This document shows positions 37,273 to 46,696 of a stretch of DNA of 64,000 nucleotides, piece by piece (positions within the stretch are counted from its first letter, which is position 1; the number at the start of each line of letters is the position of its first letter). The stretch spans positions 256,001-320,000 of the forward strand of contig JAVZNE010000001.1 of the NCBI GenBank assembly GCA_038882975.1, written 5' to 3'. The notes beneath the pieces are model-generated. The model was not told the origin of the DNA and did not search any database. It saw only the letters and a list, made by a program, of their open reading frames with translations. The translations under genes were made by a program, and so were the position numbers. This stretch comes from Candidatus Bathyarchaeia archaeon. Its GTDB lineage: Archaea; Thermoproteota; Bathyarchaeia; Bathyarchaeales; Bathycorpusculaceae.

Positions 37273-37470
37273 CTATTCAGCCTTAGCAATTATGAGAAAA
37301 ACGCCCAGCGCAAGCAAGACCATGGCTAAAAAGCCGAAAAACCATGTGTAAACGCCCAAGGCATTGCTGCTTGTTAGGGTGAAGTGCGTAGCCAAGGCGC
37401 CCACAATAACTAGGATAATTCCAAAGAATTTTTCCGCCGCTGTTATTCCGAAGCCGCCTTCCTCGCTCAA
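37273..37470 (-). CDS. Small two-TM membrane protein
   Basis: 65 aa with two hydrophobic segments. Confidence 0.65.
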   Translation of the reverse strand: MSEEGGFGITAAEKFFGIILVIVGALATHFTLTSSNALGVYTWFFGFLAMVLLALGVFLIIAKAE

Positions 37471-37552
37471 CTTTTCAGCCTCTATGTGTTTGTAATGTGC
37501 CTTTTACCATAAAGCATTAAAAGGGTTATTTTAAATTTCCCTTTTTAGAGGG

Positions 37553-38644
37553 CTATTTTGTCTCTTCGAGTTTTGCTGGCAAGTATTCGTCCACAATGTA
37601 TGTTAGTCCATAGCGGCTAAAGGCTTCTTGCTCAGCCTTGCGTTTGATCTTCATGAAGGTTTTTATTTCCCTCTGCCATAATGGGTCCTCCTTGTACCTT
37701 GGGTCTTTCTGAAGTTCATACAGCCTCTTCATGTCAATCTCATCCAGCGGGTCCGTTGGCAACTTATATTTGACAATGTCTGTTGCCCATACACCACTCC
37801 ATTTCGCGTCTGGCGTTGTCAAGTCTCTCAGGTGGGCTGCATTGGCGGAACCGGAAATTATGACCATGGCTATGTGCATTCCCCATGGGTCGCCGTCCGT
37901 GAAGATGTAGACTGGCAAGCCCAGCTCACGGTTTAGTCGCCTAATAAAATGGCGGGTTGCTCTTGGCGCTTGCCCAGCCGTAAGCACCAGCAAAGCGTTA
38001 AACTTTTTGTGCACGTTCTCTTCAATAAAGCGGGTGAATAAGCCGCCTTTCTCGATGGCTATGACTTTGTCGGCTGTGGTTTCAACGAACTCCGCTGAGG
38101 TTAGGGCTGGTCCAATCATGACACCGTCCGGGTGTGATGTCAAGTTTAGGGTTTTTCCCTCGTAGCCCGGAACAGTATAACGTATTGTTAGGTCGCCGAA
38201 AACCGCTGAGCGCTCTTCTGGAAAGATGTTGAAGTCCTCTCGTGAAAAGCCCAGCACCGTTTCCAAGTCTGTTATTATGTTGTTGGATTCTTGTTGGTCT
38301 TTGAAGGTCATTTCGTAGGCTTGCGCTGAATAGTAAACGTCTCTTAGGGTGGATGTTTTCCGTTGGCTTGTAAGTTCATAGGAGAAGAGCGCCGTCCAAA
38401 CCAGTTGGGCAAAGGGTTTTAGGTGGCGGATGTTTCTGGTGCTACGCCTAACACGTTTATCGCCTAAAATGAACTGCCTAAACTTTGGGTCGTAATATAT
38501 GTTTTCTGTGGAGCGGCTCGGCATCTCAATAGACGGGAAATATCCCCTATCAATCTGCTCATAAATTTTTAATCCAAAATTTTCAAGGGTTGCTAAAACC
38601 TCTTTCCGCCTTTCCACTATGCTTCTAAATTCCCTCGACTCCAA
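37553..38644 (-). CDS. top6A: DNA topoisomerase VI subunit A
   Basis: STLRDVYY, TOPRIM IEK and DGDPWG, KAEQEA. Confidence 0.97.
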   Translation of the reverse strand: MESREFRSIVERRKEVLATLENFGLKIYEQIDRGYFPSIEMPSRSTENIYYDPKFRQFILGDKRVRRSTRNIRHLKPFAQLVWTALFSYELTSQRKTSTLRDVYYSAQAYEMTFKDQQESNNIITDLETVLGFSREDFNIFPEERSAVFGDLTIRYTVPGYEGKTLNLTSHPDGVMIGPALTSAEFVETTADKVIAIEKGGLFTRFIEENVHKKFNALLVLTAGQAPRATRHFIRRLNRELGLPVYIFTDGDPWGMHIAMVIISGSANAAHLRDLTTPDAKWSGVWATDIVKYKLPTDPLDEIDMKRLYELQKDPRYKEDPLWQREIKTFMKIKRKAEQEAFSRYGLTYIVDEYLPAKLEETK

Positions 38645-40163
38645 ACTTTTTCACACTCCTTAAGAGCTTATCGATGTCTGGAGGCTTTTCCTTGCCGGCA
38701 AGTTTGGTGGAGAACTCGGCAATTTTGGGCAGGTATTTGCTGAAGACTCCAAGGCGTTTGCGTTCTCTGTCCACGTGCTCTCTCCGCGTTAAAAAGCGTT
38801 GGAGTTGGCGTGCCACTTCCCTTAAGCCGTTGGCTATCTCCCGCCGGACTTCTGGTCTGTCGGCTATAAACTCTTTTCCAACAGTCTTGTAGGGGACTTT
38901 TGTGCTGCATATGTGGACAACTATGGCTATGGGCATGTCCGGCGAAACCTTGTAGCGCCGCCAGTTCATTTCATTTATGACCTTGACTGAAACGTCGCTT
39001 GCCTCGTCATAAAGAAGTGGAATGCGGTTGGCGAAGCGGTATATTAGGAAGCCGCCTTTCTGGGGAATTTCACCACCATAAGCTATTGCAACTTCAACAA
39101 TGAAGGGATGCCCAGCATAAGTAGCGGGCTTCCGCTGGTGAACCGCCACAAACTCTGGTTTAAGCTCTTTTAAAACGCCGGTTTTCAGCAGTTCCTCGCC
39201 GAGCGGTGAGAGACAACTGGCGTCTGGTGGGAGAAACTCCTTAAACTTTTTCAGCATGTGCATAAGCCGGACAATTTCCTCGTGGGATAGCTTCTTCGGG
39301 TTTTTGGAGGGGCTTATGCCACTGAACTCAAGGAATTTTCTGGCTGTTATTTCGCCCACGCGATGGAAGTGGTTTTTGAGAAACTCTAGCATGTTTTTGT
39401 AAGGCGTGACTTGTATGAGGCGTTGGAGAAGCTCCACATCAACGCCATATGGGTGGGGCAAAGTCTCTTTAGGCGGGTCTGGCATTACCGTGGTTGCTCT
39501 TGTAAACTTGTAAAGTCTTCCTTTAGGGTCTACAAAGGTGAGGTTGGCGTAGGGGTTCACCATGGCTGTCTGCTTGAAATATTCTAGGATTTTTGGCATA
39601 GCCCTCAAATAGTCGCCTTCAAGGCAGAATTCGACAATAGTGCCTCGCCAGCCCTCCTTGTTCAAAAAAACTTTTCTGTCGAGGATTATTGGGCGGTTCC
39701 TTTGGATGTCAATCATAAGCTTGTACATGTAAATCCGTGACATGCCAGTGCTGGAAATCACCATTGCTGGCTGGTGGGTTGTAATCTGCCCATATAAGAT
39801 GGCCATCTTTCCGCCTAAACCGAAGGTTCCCCTCTGCTGTTTCAGCTTATACTTTGAGCCGAAAAGCACTTGTCCGAAGGCTGATGGAATGTGCCTAGGC
39901 GGAACGCCGCAGCCGTTGTCCTCAACCCTTAGCTTATAAATCTGTGTTTCCTTGCTGGCTTCGCCCTCAAAGGAGAGTCTAACATAGATTTCTGGTGGGA
40001 TTTTGAGGCTTTCGGCGGCGTCTAAAGAGTTTTCCACGAGTTCGCGGATGGCTGCGAAAATGGCTCTTGTGGGGTTTGTGAATCCTGCTATGTCGCGGTT
40101 TCTGTAGAAGAAGTCTGATGCGCTTATTTCTTCGAAGGTTACCTGTGCCACGCTAGCCTCCAC
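38625..40163 (-). CDS. top6B: DNA topoisomerase VI subunit B
   Basis: GHKL ELVENSLDA, EDNG.G, RFANRIPLLYD. Confidence 0.97.
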   Translation of the reverse strand: MEASVAQVTFEEISASDFFYRNRDIAGFTNPTRAIFAAIRELVENSLDAAESLKIPPEIYVRLSFEGEASKETQIYKLRVEDNGCGVPPRHIPSAFGQVLFGSKYKLKQQRGTFGLGGKMAILYGQITTHQPAMVISSTGMSRIYMYKLMIDIQRNRPIILDRKVFLNKEGWRGTIVEFCLEGDYLRAMPKILEYFKQTAMVNPYANLTFVDPKGRLYKFTRATTVMPDPPKETLPHPYGVDVELLQRLIQVTPYKNMLEFLKNHFHRVGEITARKFLEFSGISPSKNPKKLSHEEIVRLMHMLKKFKEFLPPDASCLSPLGEELLKTGVLKELKPEFVAVHQRKPATYAGHPFIVEVAIAYGGEIPQKGGFLIYRFANRIPLLYDEASDVSVKVINEMNWRRYKVSPDMPIAIVVHICSTKVPYKTVGKEFIADRPEVRREIANGLREVARQLQRFLTRREHVDRERKRLGVFSKYLPKIAEFSTKLAGKEKPPDIDKLLRSVKKFGVEGI

Positions 40164-40248
40164 CAGTCACCTCATACAGCAGAGCCACTTTAACGTATGT
40201 ATACGCGGCATGCACATTAATTTAACTATGCCGTTTCATGCGAACAGT

Positions 40249-40671
40249 TCATTTCTCAAAAGGCTCTGGGAGAAGCTCCTTAAGCCGCTTTATCTTGAGT
40301 GTTTCAAACAGCACTCTGGCGTTTTCAACTTTTGCCATGACGATTTTAATTTCGGAGCTTTCAGCAAAGTCTGAAATATATTGGAGGCACGCCCCGCAAG
40401 GTTTTATTTCACCCTTGTTTTTGGCATCTGTCACAACGGCTATTTCCCTAATTCGCTTGTTCCCGTGTAAAATGGCATGGTTTATGGCGTTTCTTTCAGC
40501 GCAAGCGCCAAGCCCTGAAACCCAGCTTTCTACATTGCAGCCGCCATAAATCTTTCCGTCTTCAGCCAGAACTGCCGCGCCAACGCCGAAACCCCAAAGC
40601 ACGTGGGCGTTCGCTAAAGCCTTTGAGGCTTCCTTTAAAAGGGCTTGCTCCGTCTCACCAATTTTAACCAT
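40249..40671 (-). CDS. cdd: Cytidine deaminase (homotetrameric type)
   Basis: GCNVE, CAERNA, PCGAC, ELLP.PF. Confidence 0.88.
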   Translation of the reverse strand: MVKIGETEQALLKEASKALANAHVLWGFGVGAAVLAEDGKIYGGCNVESWVSGLGACAERNAINHAILHGNKRIREIAVVTDAKNKGEIKPCGACLQYISDFAESSEIKIVMAKVENARVLFETLKIKRLKELLPEPFEK

Positions 40672-40673
40672 GT

Positions 40674-42473
40674 TTAATCCTCTTCTGTTATGGCTGTGTG
40701 CCTCACATAGTAGTATTCGCCAATCTCCTTTTGATACTTGTCCAGCTTTGAGCCCTCCTTGTTGACGCGGGGTCTCTTCGTGACAGGGTCCCTTCTGAAG
40801 GTTACATTCATCTCCTTCAAGAAGGCGTTCATCCCATCCCTTAGGCTTGTTGGCGGGTTGGCTATGCCCCTTATTCCAGGCTCGCCCGTAAACACCATCA
40901 AACGGTCTGCTATGAAGTCTTGAGCTACAACGTCATGTTCAACAACGAAGGCTGTGGCATTCCTCGCCTCAATTACTCGGCGTATGGTTCTCGCCATGTT
41001 AAGCCTCTCTTCAACGTCCAAGTAGGCGCTCGGCTCATCTAAAAGATAAAGCTCAGCCTTTCTTGATAGGCATGCGGCTATGGCAACTTTCTGAAGTTCG
41101 CCGCCGCTAAGCTCGGCTATATTTCTCTCTAAGAGTGGCGTTATACCAAGTGGCTGGAGGATTTCAGCTTTATACCAGCCTGAAGTGAAGTCTTCTTTAG
41201 CTATGCTTGTTAAGAGTTCTTGCACGGTGCCCTCATATTCAGCAGAAATGTACTGTGGCTTATAGCTGACAGTCAGCTCTTTAAACTCTTTTCCATCATC
41301 TGTTTTCTCCAGACCAGCCAATATTTTAACAAATGTTGTTTTGCCTATGCCGTTTGGTCCAAGAATCCCTATAATTTCGCCCCTTTTTATTTCTCCTGGC
41401 TGTGCGACGAGTTTAAAGCCTTCATAGGTTTTCTCCACCTTATCCCATTTTAGGAGCGTCTCGCCAGCGGCGAAGCTTATGGTTGGCGGTTTTTCATGGA
41501 ATATTATGGCTTCTTTTCTGAAGCGGATGTTTTCGTCTGGGATGTAGCCTTGAAGATAAATGTTTATGCCAGTTCTGACGCCGTGCACGTGGGAGACTAT
41601 TCCGTAAACGCCAGCCTCACCGTAAAATATGCTTATTTGGTCTGAGAGATAATCGATTATTGCGAGGTCATGTTCGGCTACAACGACAATTTTTCCCTCC
41701 CCTTTTAAGCTTCTTATGGCTCTTGCAACCTCAAGCCTCTGCTTCACATCGAGGTAACTGGATGGCTCGTCGAAAAGGTAGACGTCGGCTTCTCTGCATA
41801 TCGCAGCGGCTACAGCCACCCTTTGCAGTTCGCCCCCGCTTAAGGCTTCGATTGGCCTGTCCCAAATGTTTTTCAACTCAAGCCTTTCGGCAACATCCTC
41901 AAGGATGCCTCGCTCATCCACTTTTCCAAGAAGTTCGCCAACCCTGCCAGAAACAGCCCTTGCAATCTTGTCAACATATTGGGGTTTGTGCACAACTTTT
42001 AGTTTGCCCTCGCTCATCCGCTGGAAATAGTCTTGCAGAACTGAACCCCTAAAATACCTTATTAGCTCGTTCCAGCTGGGTGGATTCTCATAATTCCCAA
42101 GGTTTGGCTTAACCTCCCCGGAAAGAATCTTCAGCGTCGTCGTCTTTCCTATACCGTTTTTGCCGAGAAGCCCCAAAACAGTGCCCGGTGACGGGGTTGG
42201 AAGTCTATAAAGCTTAAAGGTGTTTGGTCCAAATCGGTGGCTGCACTCCTTTTCCAGCTCATCTGGAAGGTTCACTATTGATATGGCGTTGAAGGGACAC
42301 TTTTTGACGCATATTCCACAACCGGAGCATAACGCCTCAACAATCAGTGGCTTGGCGTCTTCGAAGCGGATTGCCTCAACATGGCTTCTAACCATTGGGC
42401 AAAAGCGTTGGCACTGTTTTCCGCAACGCTTAGGTTTGCACTTATCAGCGTCCAGCACTGCAACGCGTGTCAT
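40674..42473 (-). CDS. rli1: Ribosome recycling ATPase ABCE1/Rli1
   Basis: N-terminal FeS cysteines, twin NBDs G.NGIGKT and LSGGELQ, TFRRD...RPRVNK. Confidence 0.97.
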   Translation of the reverse strand: MTRVAVLDADKCKPKRCGKQCQRFCPMVRSHVEAIRFEDAKPLIVEALCSGCGICVKKCPFNAISIVNLPDELEKECSHRFGPNTFKLYRLPTPSPGTVLGLLGKNGIGKTTTLKILSGEVKPNLGNYENPPSWNELIRYFRGSVLQDYFQRMSEGKLKVVHKPQYVDKIARAVSGRVGELLGKVDERGILEDVAERLELKNIWDRPIEALSGGELQRVAVAAAICREADVYLFDEPSSYLDVKQRLEVARAIRSLKGEGKIVVVAEHDLAIIDYLSDQISIFYGEAGVYGIVSHVHGVRTGINIYLQGYIPDENIRFRKEAIIFHEKPPTISFAAGETLLKWDKVEKTYEGFKLVAQPGEIKRGEIIGILGPNGIGKTTFVKILAGLEKTDDGKEFKELTVSYKPQYISAEYEGTVQELLTSIAKEDFTSGWYKAEILQPLGITPLLERNIAELSGGELQKVAIAACLSRKAELYLLDEPSAYLDVEERLNMARTIRRVIEARNATAFVVEHDVVAQDFIADRLMVFTGEPGIRGIANPPTSLRDGMNAFLKEMNVTFRRDPVTKRPRVNKEGSKLDKYQKEIGEYYYVRHTAITEED

Positions 42474-42603
42474 AGTTTACCAGCAACTATCTAGTTATGT
42501 GCTTTTACGTCATAAATATGAGCCTTAAAATCAGATTGCTAGAGTGCTAAAAACTTTTCGGGTTAGAAAGAAAACGAGGGAAACATGAAACTGTTTAGGG
42601 TTT

Positions 42604-42678
42604 TCACCATTCCTCTTCTTCCCACTCTTCTTCTTCCCAATCTTCCTCTTCCCATTCCTCTTCTTCCTCGAACACCAT
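42604..42678 (-). CDS. 24-aa acidic micropeptide MVFEEEEEWEEEDWEEEEWEEEEW
   Basis: SD GGAGGTGA 2 nt before ATG; TGA stop; GAA/GAG synonymous variation keeps the peptide pattern; TATA-like element upstream and T-rich tract downstream. Confidence 0.7.
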   Translation of the reverse strand: MVFEEEEEWEEEDWEEEEWEEEEW

Positions 42679-42796
42679 ATTCACCTCCACTAACCCAAGG
42701 GCTTGGCATACTGAGAGCCTCAAAAGAATGCTTTAAGCATTTTCATTCGACTATTGTCGAGAACCCTTCTTGATGATGAGCCTGCATTTTAAAAAT

Positions 42797-43750
42797 TTAC
42801 TTCAGAATTTTTGCCGTTAGGGCGGCTTCAGGCTCCCGCATTTCAGGCTTAAGGTAAGCCCAACACAAATGTGCGGAGTTGTGGGCTGCTCCAATTTCGC
42901 CGCGTGTGTCTACGGCGATTAAACCCATGGAATTGTAGGTTCCAGCCATCCGCTCATTAACAAGCCTTATGGCGGCTTCAACAGCCTCTTGGGCAGTTTT
43001 GCCGCCCTCCATGTAATTGCAGACGGTCTTCGCAAGGACAAGCCTTATGGCGATTTCGCCAACGCCGGTGGCGGAACAAGCCCCACTCCTATTATCGGCG
43101 TAGGTGCCACATCCAATCAAGGGCGAATCGCCAATCCTTCCGGGAATTTTTAATGGGAAGCCGCCGGTGGATGTGGCAGCAGCAACATTTCCATCTAAAT
43201 CTAAGGCAACAGCGCCAACGGTTTCCAGGTCGAAAAGCTCCGGATACCTCTTAACCAGTTCTGCAAGTTTTGGCAGCTCAAACTTGCCATCCAATAGGGC
43301 TTGCTTCGCCTGCTCATAATATTTTAAGCGGAGTTCCGTAAGCGGGTTTCGCCTTTCAAGGTTGAACAGTTTTGCGAGTTTTTCTGCTCCATCGCCAACA
43401 ATGAAGACGTGGTCTGTCTTCTCCATAACTATTCGTGCAAGCCTAACCGGATTCCTAATGTCCCGCAAGAGCCCGGCAGCCCCAGCCCTTAAAGTTTTTC
43501 CATCCATAACTGAGGCTTCCATCTCCACAGTCTTCTCTATGGTTAGGCTTGAACCATAACCAGCGTTAAAGACACCTTCATCCTCCATGACGGCTACAGC
43601 CTCAACAACGGCGTCGAGGGCGCTTCCGCCATTAGCTAAAATGTCAAAACCAGTTTTGGCAGCCTTCTTTACACCTTCAAGTCCAGGATTAATGCGCTCT
43701 GGATGCCAGTTCCCAGCGCCGCCGTGGACAACTATTACTGGTTTTGGCGT
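42797..43750 (-). CDS. Isoaspartyl peptidase/L-asparaginase (Ntn hydrolase), apparent ACG start
   Basis: The frame continues upstream of the track ATG to PKPVIVVHGGAG; FNAGYGS, nucleophile TVGAVA, GRIGDSP, TGVGE. Confidence 0.9.
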   Translation of the reverse strand, partial: TPKPVIVVHGGAGNWHPERINPGLEGVKKAAKTGFDILANGGSALDAVVEAVAVMEDEGVFNAGYGSSLTIEKTVEMEASVMDGKTLRAGAAGLLRDIRNPVRLARIVMEKTDHVFIVGDGAEKLAKLFNLERRNPLTELRLKYYEQAKQALLDGKFELPKLAELVKRYPELFDLETVGAVALDLDGNVAAATSTGGFPLKIPGRIGDSPLIGCGTYADNRSGACSATGVGEIAIRLVLAKTVCNYMEGGKTAQEAVEAAIRLVNERMAGTYNSMGLIAVDTRGEIGAAHNSAHLCWAYLKPEMREPEAALTAKILK

Positions 43751-43852
43751 TTGCCCTTCCCTCCAGTTTTGGAAAGATAGAGTTTACGCCCATAAATTTA
43801 AGCCTAATCCCCAAAAACATCAAAACAGATAAATCCATGTTGTGAAAGTAAT

Positions 43853-43930
43853 AGTTTGGGATGATGTGAGGCGACGGCTAGGAGCCCTTCCAAGCTGTGA
43901 AAAGCCAACTAACCTGCACTGACCAAAACT
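43853..43930 (+). ncRNA. Candidate box C/D methylation-guide sRNA
   Basis: Terminal stem TTTGG/CCAAA, C-box-like ATGATGT (43861), D box CTGA (43919-43922); guide GGCGACGGCTA complementary to archaeal 16S helix 34 UGGCCGUCGCC as recalled. Confidence 0.6.
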
Positions 43931-43938
43931 TGTAGCTG

Positions 43939-44472
43939 GTGGTTGGTGTGCTTAGGGACTTCAACCTTTTAGCCACAACTTCAAGAGGAAATGAGGATGA
44001 GGCTTGCTCCGAGCTTTGGTATTTGCTGGGCGAGATTGGCGACTCAGCGCCCATCGTGGACAAGACTGGAGTGGCTGGTTTAATTGCCGCGAAAACAGCT
44101 TTTAACCCCTTCGAGGTTATTGAAAAGTTTAGGCAGATTCTCCGAGAACGTCCCTACGAGTTTCGCTATATGCTGCGCATAATTCCAATAGAGAAGGTTA
44201 TCCGCACAGACCTTGGAGAAATCCAGCGGGCAGCCACAGAATTAAGCTCAAAAATTGGCAAAAACGAAACTTTTAGGATTACTGTTGAGAAGCGCTTCAC
44301 AGAAACCTCAACAAGGGACATTATTGAGGCGGCAGCCGCCAATATTGAACGCAAAGTGGACTTAAACAAGCCCGATAAGATTCTCTTAATCGAAGTTATT
44401 GGCGGGTTGACGGGGCTTTCGGTGATTAAGCCAGAAGATATCCTATCAATTGTGAAGGAGAAAGTGCTTTAG
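43939..44472 (+). CDS. THUMP-domain protein
   Basis: FRITVEKR, KVDLNKPDKILLIEV. Confidence 0.88.
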   Translation: MVGVLRDFNLLATTSRGNEDEACSELWYLLGEIGDSAPIVDKTGVAGLIAAKTAFNPFEVIEKFRQILRERPYEFRYMLRIIPIEKVIRTDLGEIQRAATELSSKIGKNETFRITVEKRFTETSTRDIIEAAAANIERKVDLNKPDKILLIEVIGGLTGLSVIKPEDILSIVKEKVL

Positions 44473-45035
44473 CGCTCGGTTGCCAAGAGCGCCACACGCT
44501 CAATAACAAGGTTAACTAGGGCTTGCATTAGGTCGTTCCCCTTTACAATAGCCTCAAGCTCTGCGTCTGATATTTCGAAGGCTTCTCGAATAACCCCAAT
44601 TTTCTCCCGTGAAAGCTCCAGAACAGCGTCGTCACGTCGCCCACCAACAACATTTGATATGACTTGTAAGGCTGTTTCCACATCCTCAGCCTTTTCACCC
44701 ACAACAAGAACCGCAATCGCCTCACAGTTGGGTTTTACTCCGAGAAGGCTCATGGCTTTTCGAATTTGACGCTGTGCAGAAGCGTAAAGAAGCATTTCCA
44801 CGGCTAGGCTTTTTGAGATGTTGATGCCATTTTTGAAGGCGTTTATGGCGTTTAAAGCTGCAAAATACAAGTGCTGCCAAGTAACCACAAGCCAAGCGTC
44901 GAAAAACTGGGCTTCCACATTTTTTGCCAAACATTTCCTAACAGTTTCAAGAAAGTCTTCAACGTCTGCTATTTTTACATCTCTGAAGCCGGCGATAGCC
45001 ACATACTTGCCAAACTCTTCGATGTGTTTCAGCAA
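44469..45035 (-). CDS. cgi121: KEOPS complex subunit Cgi121
   Basis: QFFDA...HL, SLAVEMLLYASAQRQI. Confidence 0.9.
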   Translation of the reverse strand: MLKHIEEFGKYVAIAGFRDVKIADVEDFLETVRKCLAKNVEAQFFDAWLVVTWQHLYFAALNAINAFKNGINISKSLAVEMLLYASAQRQIRKAMSLLGVKPNCEAIAVLVVGEKAEDVETALQVISNVVGGRRDDAVLELSREKIGVIREAFEISDAELEAIVKGNDLMQALVNLVIERVALLATER

Positions 45036-45637
45036 GCCCCTTCTTCCTCGCTAATCTCCTTTAGGAAATGGTTAACAAGCCTTTGGGACAAGCCAGCCTT
45101 CACGAGTTTCTCCACCTCCTTTTCAATGGGCTTTCCTTGTTCCTTGCATTTTTTGACTATTTTTCTTATGGTTTCCTTTATTTCCCATGGGAAGACTATC
45201 CATCGGCTTGTTTCCCTAGCGTAGTAGTCCGGCTTTATTATGCTCCATGGTTTGAGGTAGACGGCGGCAATCCTAACCTCGGCGGCGCCCTCCTTTTGCA
45301 AGTGCCCCTTTATGAGTTGGAGACTTTTGCCGGTGTCAGCCACCTCATCCACAACAAGCACCTTTTTGCCAGCAACCTTCACGGAAACAGGCTGCGTTAA
45401 TGTCGGCTCCCCCTTTGTTTCAGCCACACCAACATAAAATTCAACCTTAACATTGGCAAGGTTTGGATTCTCTAAAAGGTCTGATAGAACCCTTGCTGGA
45501 GGCCATCCGCCACGGGAAACGCCAACAATTATGTCTGGCTTGAAGTTGTCTTTCTTTATCTTTTCTGTTATTTTCATGAGCATTCTATAAATTTGGTTCC
45601 ATTTTGGCGCTTCAAATTCAAGCTCTTGCTGTGTCAA
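45029..45637 (-). CDS. Type I phosphoribosyltransferase (purine salvage-like)
   Basis: SRGG, VLVVDEVADTGKS, WIVFPWE. Confidence 0.9.
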   Translation of the reverse strand: MTQQELEFEAPKWNQIYRMLMKITEKIKKDNFKPDIIVGVSRGGWPPARVLSDLLENPNLANVKVEFYVGVAETKGEPTLTQPVSVKVAGKKVLVVDEVADTGKSLQLIKGHLQKEGAAEVRIAAVYLKPWSIIKPDYYARETSRWIVFPWEIKETIRKIVKKCKEQGKPIEKEVEKLVKAGLSQRLVNHFLKEISEEEGAC

Positions 45638-45766
45638 GCCTTTTCTCCACCAGTTTTTCAGCGTGGTTAAGAGTTTGGATTTAAAGCCGATTTTAGCTTT
45701 TCTAAAAAGGGCTGAGTTTGCTGATAACTTTAATTAGGCTCTAGCGGTGATAGAAGGGGGAGGGCG

Positions 45767-46696
45767 GTGAAATCATTGAGGGAAATTATTGAATGTGTTC
45801 CAAATTTCAGCACTTCAGACCCGAAGGTTGTTGAGCAAATCCTTAACGAGCTTAAAACAACCAAAAAAGCGTTTTTGCTTGATTACACCTTTGACAATTA
45901 TTACAACCGGCTTGTGGTCTCCTTCGTTGGTGATAGGCGTTCCGTGCTTGAAGCCATGTTAAAAATGGCTTTTAGGGCTGTGGGGCTTATTGACATGCGA
46001 ACCCATAAGGGGCAACACCCACGGATAGGCGCGGTTGACGTTGTCCCATTCATACCAATAAAAAACGCCACAATGGAAGATTGCATAAGGCTGGCGAGAA
46101 AGTTTGGCAGAACATTGGCTCAAGAACGCGGCGTGCCAGTCTACCTTTACGGCGAGGCTGCCACAAAACCAGAAAGAAGAGATTTGGACTGGATACGGGA
46201 AGGCGAATACGAGAGGCTGGAGGAAATGATGGCGAAGCCCGAACGCAAACCAGACTTCGGTCCAGCCAAGCCCCACCCAACGGCTGGAGCCACAATAACT
46301 GGCGCCCGCAAGGTTATGGCTGGATTCAACGTCAACCTTGGAACATCAGACCTAAAAATTGCAAAGAAGATAGCGAAGGCTTTGCATTCGAAGAAGGGTG
46401 GACTGGCAAACGTTAAGGCTATGGCGGCTTACATACCAGAAAAGAACATAACACAGATTGGGATGAGTATAAGCGATTTTGAGGCAACGCCCCTATACCG
46501 TGTTTTTGAACTGGTTAAAATTGAGGCTGAACGCTACAACGTGCCAGTCATAGGCTCAGAGTTTTGTGGAATGGCGCCTTTAAAGGCGATAGTTGATGTT
46601 GCGTCCTACTACTTAAAAATTGACAACCTCACGGTTGATAGAGTGTTAGAAGTGGCTATTCAAAACGCCACTGAGAAGGGAGGAAAATTTGAGTAA
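45767..46696 (+). CDS. ftcD: Glutamate formiminotransferase
   Basis: IECVPNFS, HKGQHPRIGAVDVVPF, HPTAGAT..GAR; no cyclodeaminase domain. Confidence 0.93.
   Translation: MKSLREIIECVPNFSTSDPKVVEQILNELKTTKKAFLLDYTFDNYYNRLVVSFVGDRRSVLEAMLKMAFRAVGLIDMRTHKGQHPRIGAVDVVPFIPIKNATMEDCIRLARKFGRTLAQERGVPVYLYGEAATKPERRDLDWIREGEYERLEEMMAKPERKPDFGPAKPHPTAGATITGARKVMAGFNVNLGTSDLKIAKKIAKALHSKKGGLANVKAMAAYIPEKNITQIGMSISDFEATPLYRVFELVKIEAERYNVPVIGSEFCGMAPLKAIVDVASYYLKIDNLTVDRVLEVAIQNATEKGGKFE

Noticed and set aside
42585-42773. 62-aa Pro/Leu-rich plus-strand ORF
   Set aside because: It is the antisense shadow of the E/W micropeptide, whose strand carries the SD and promoter signals.
42772-42800. Second C/D sRNA starting at ATGATGA
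   Set aside because: No downstream CTGA D box or terminal stem before the next gene.
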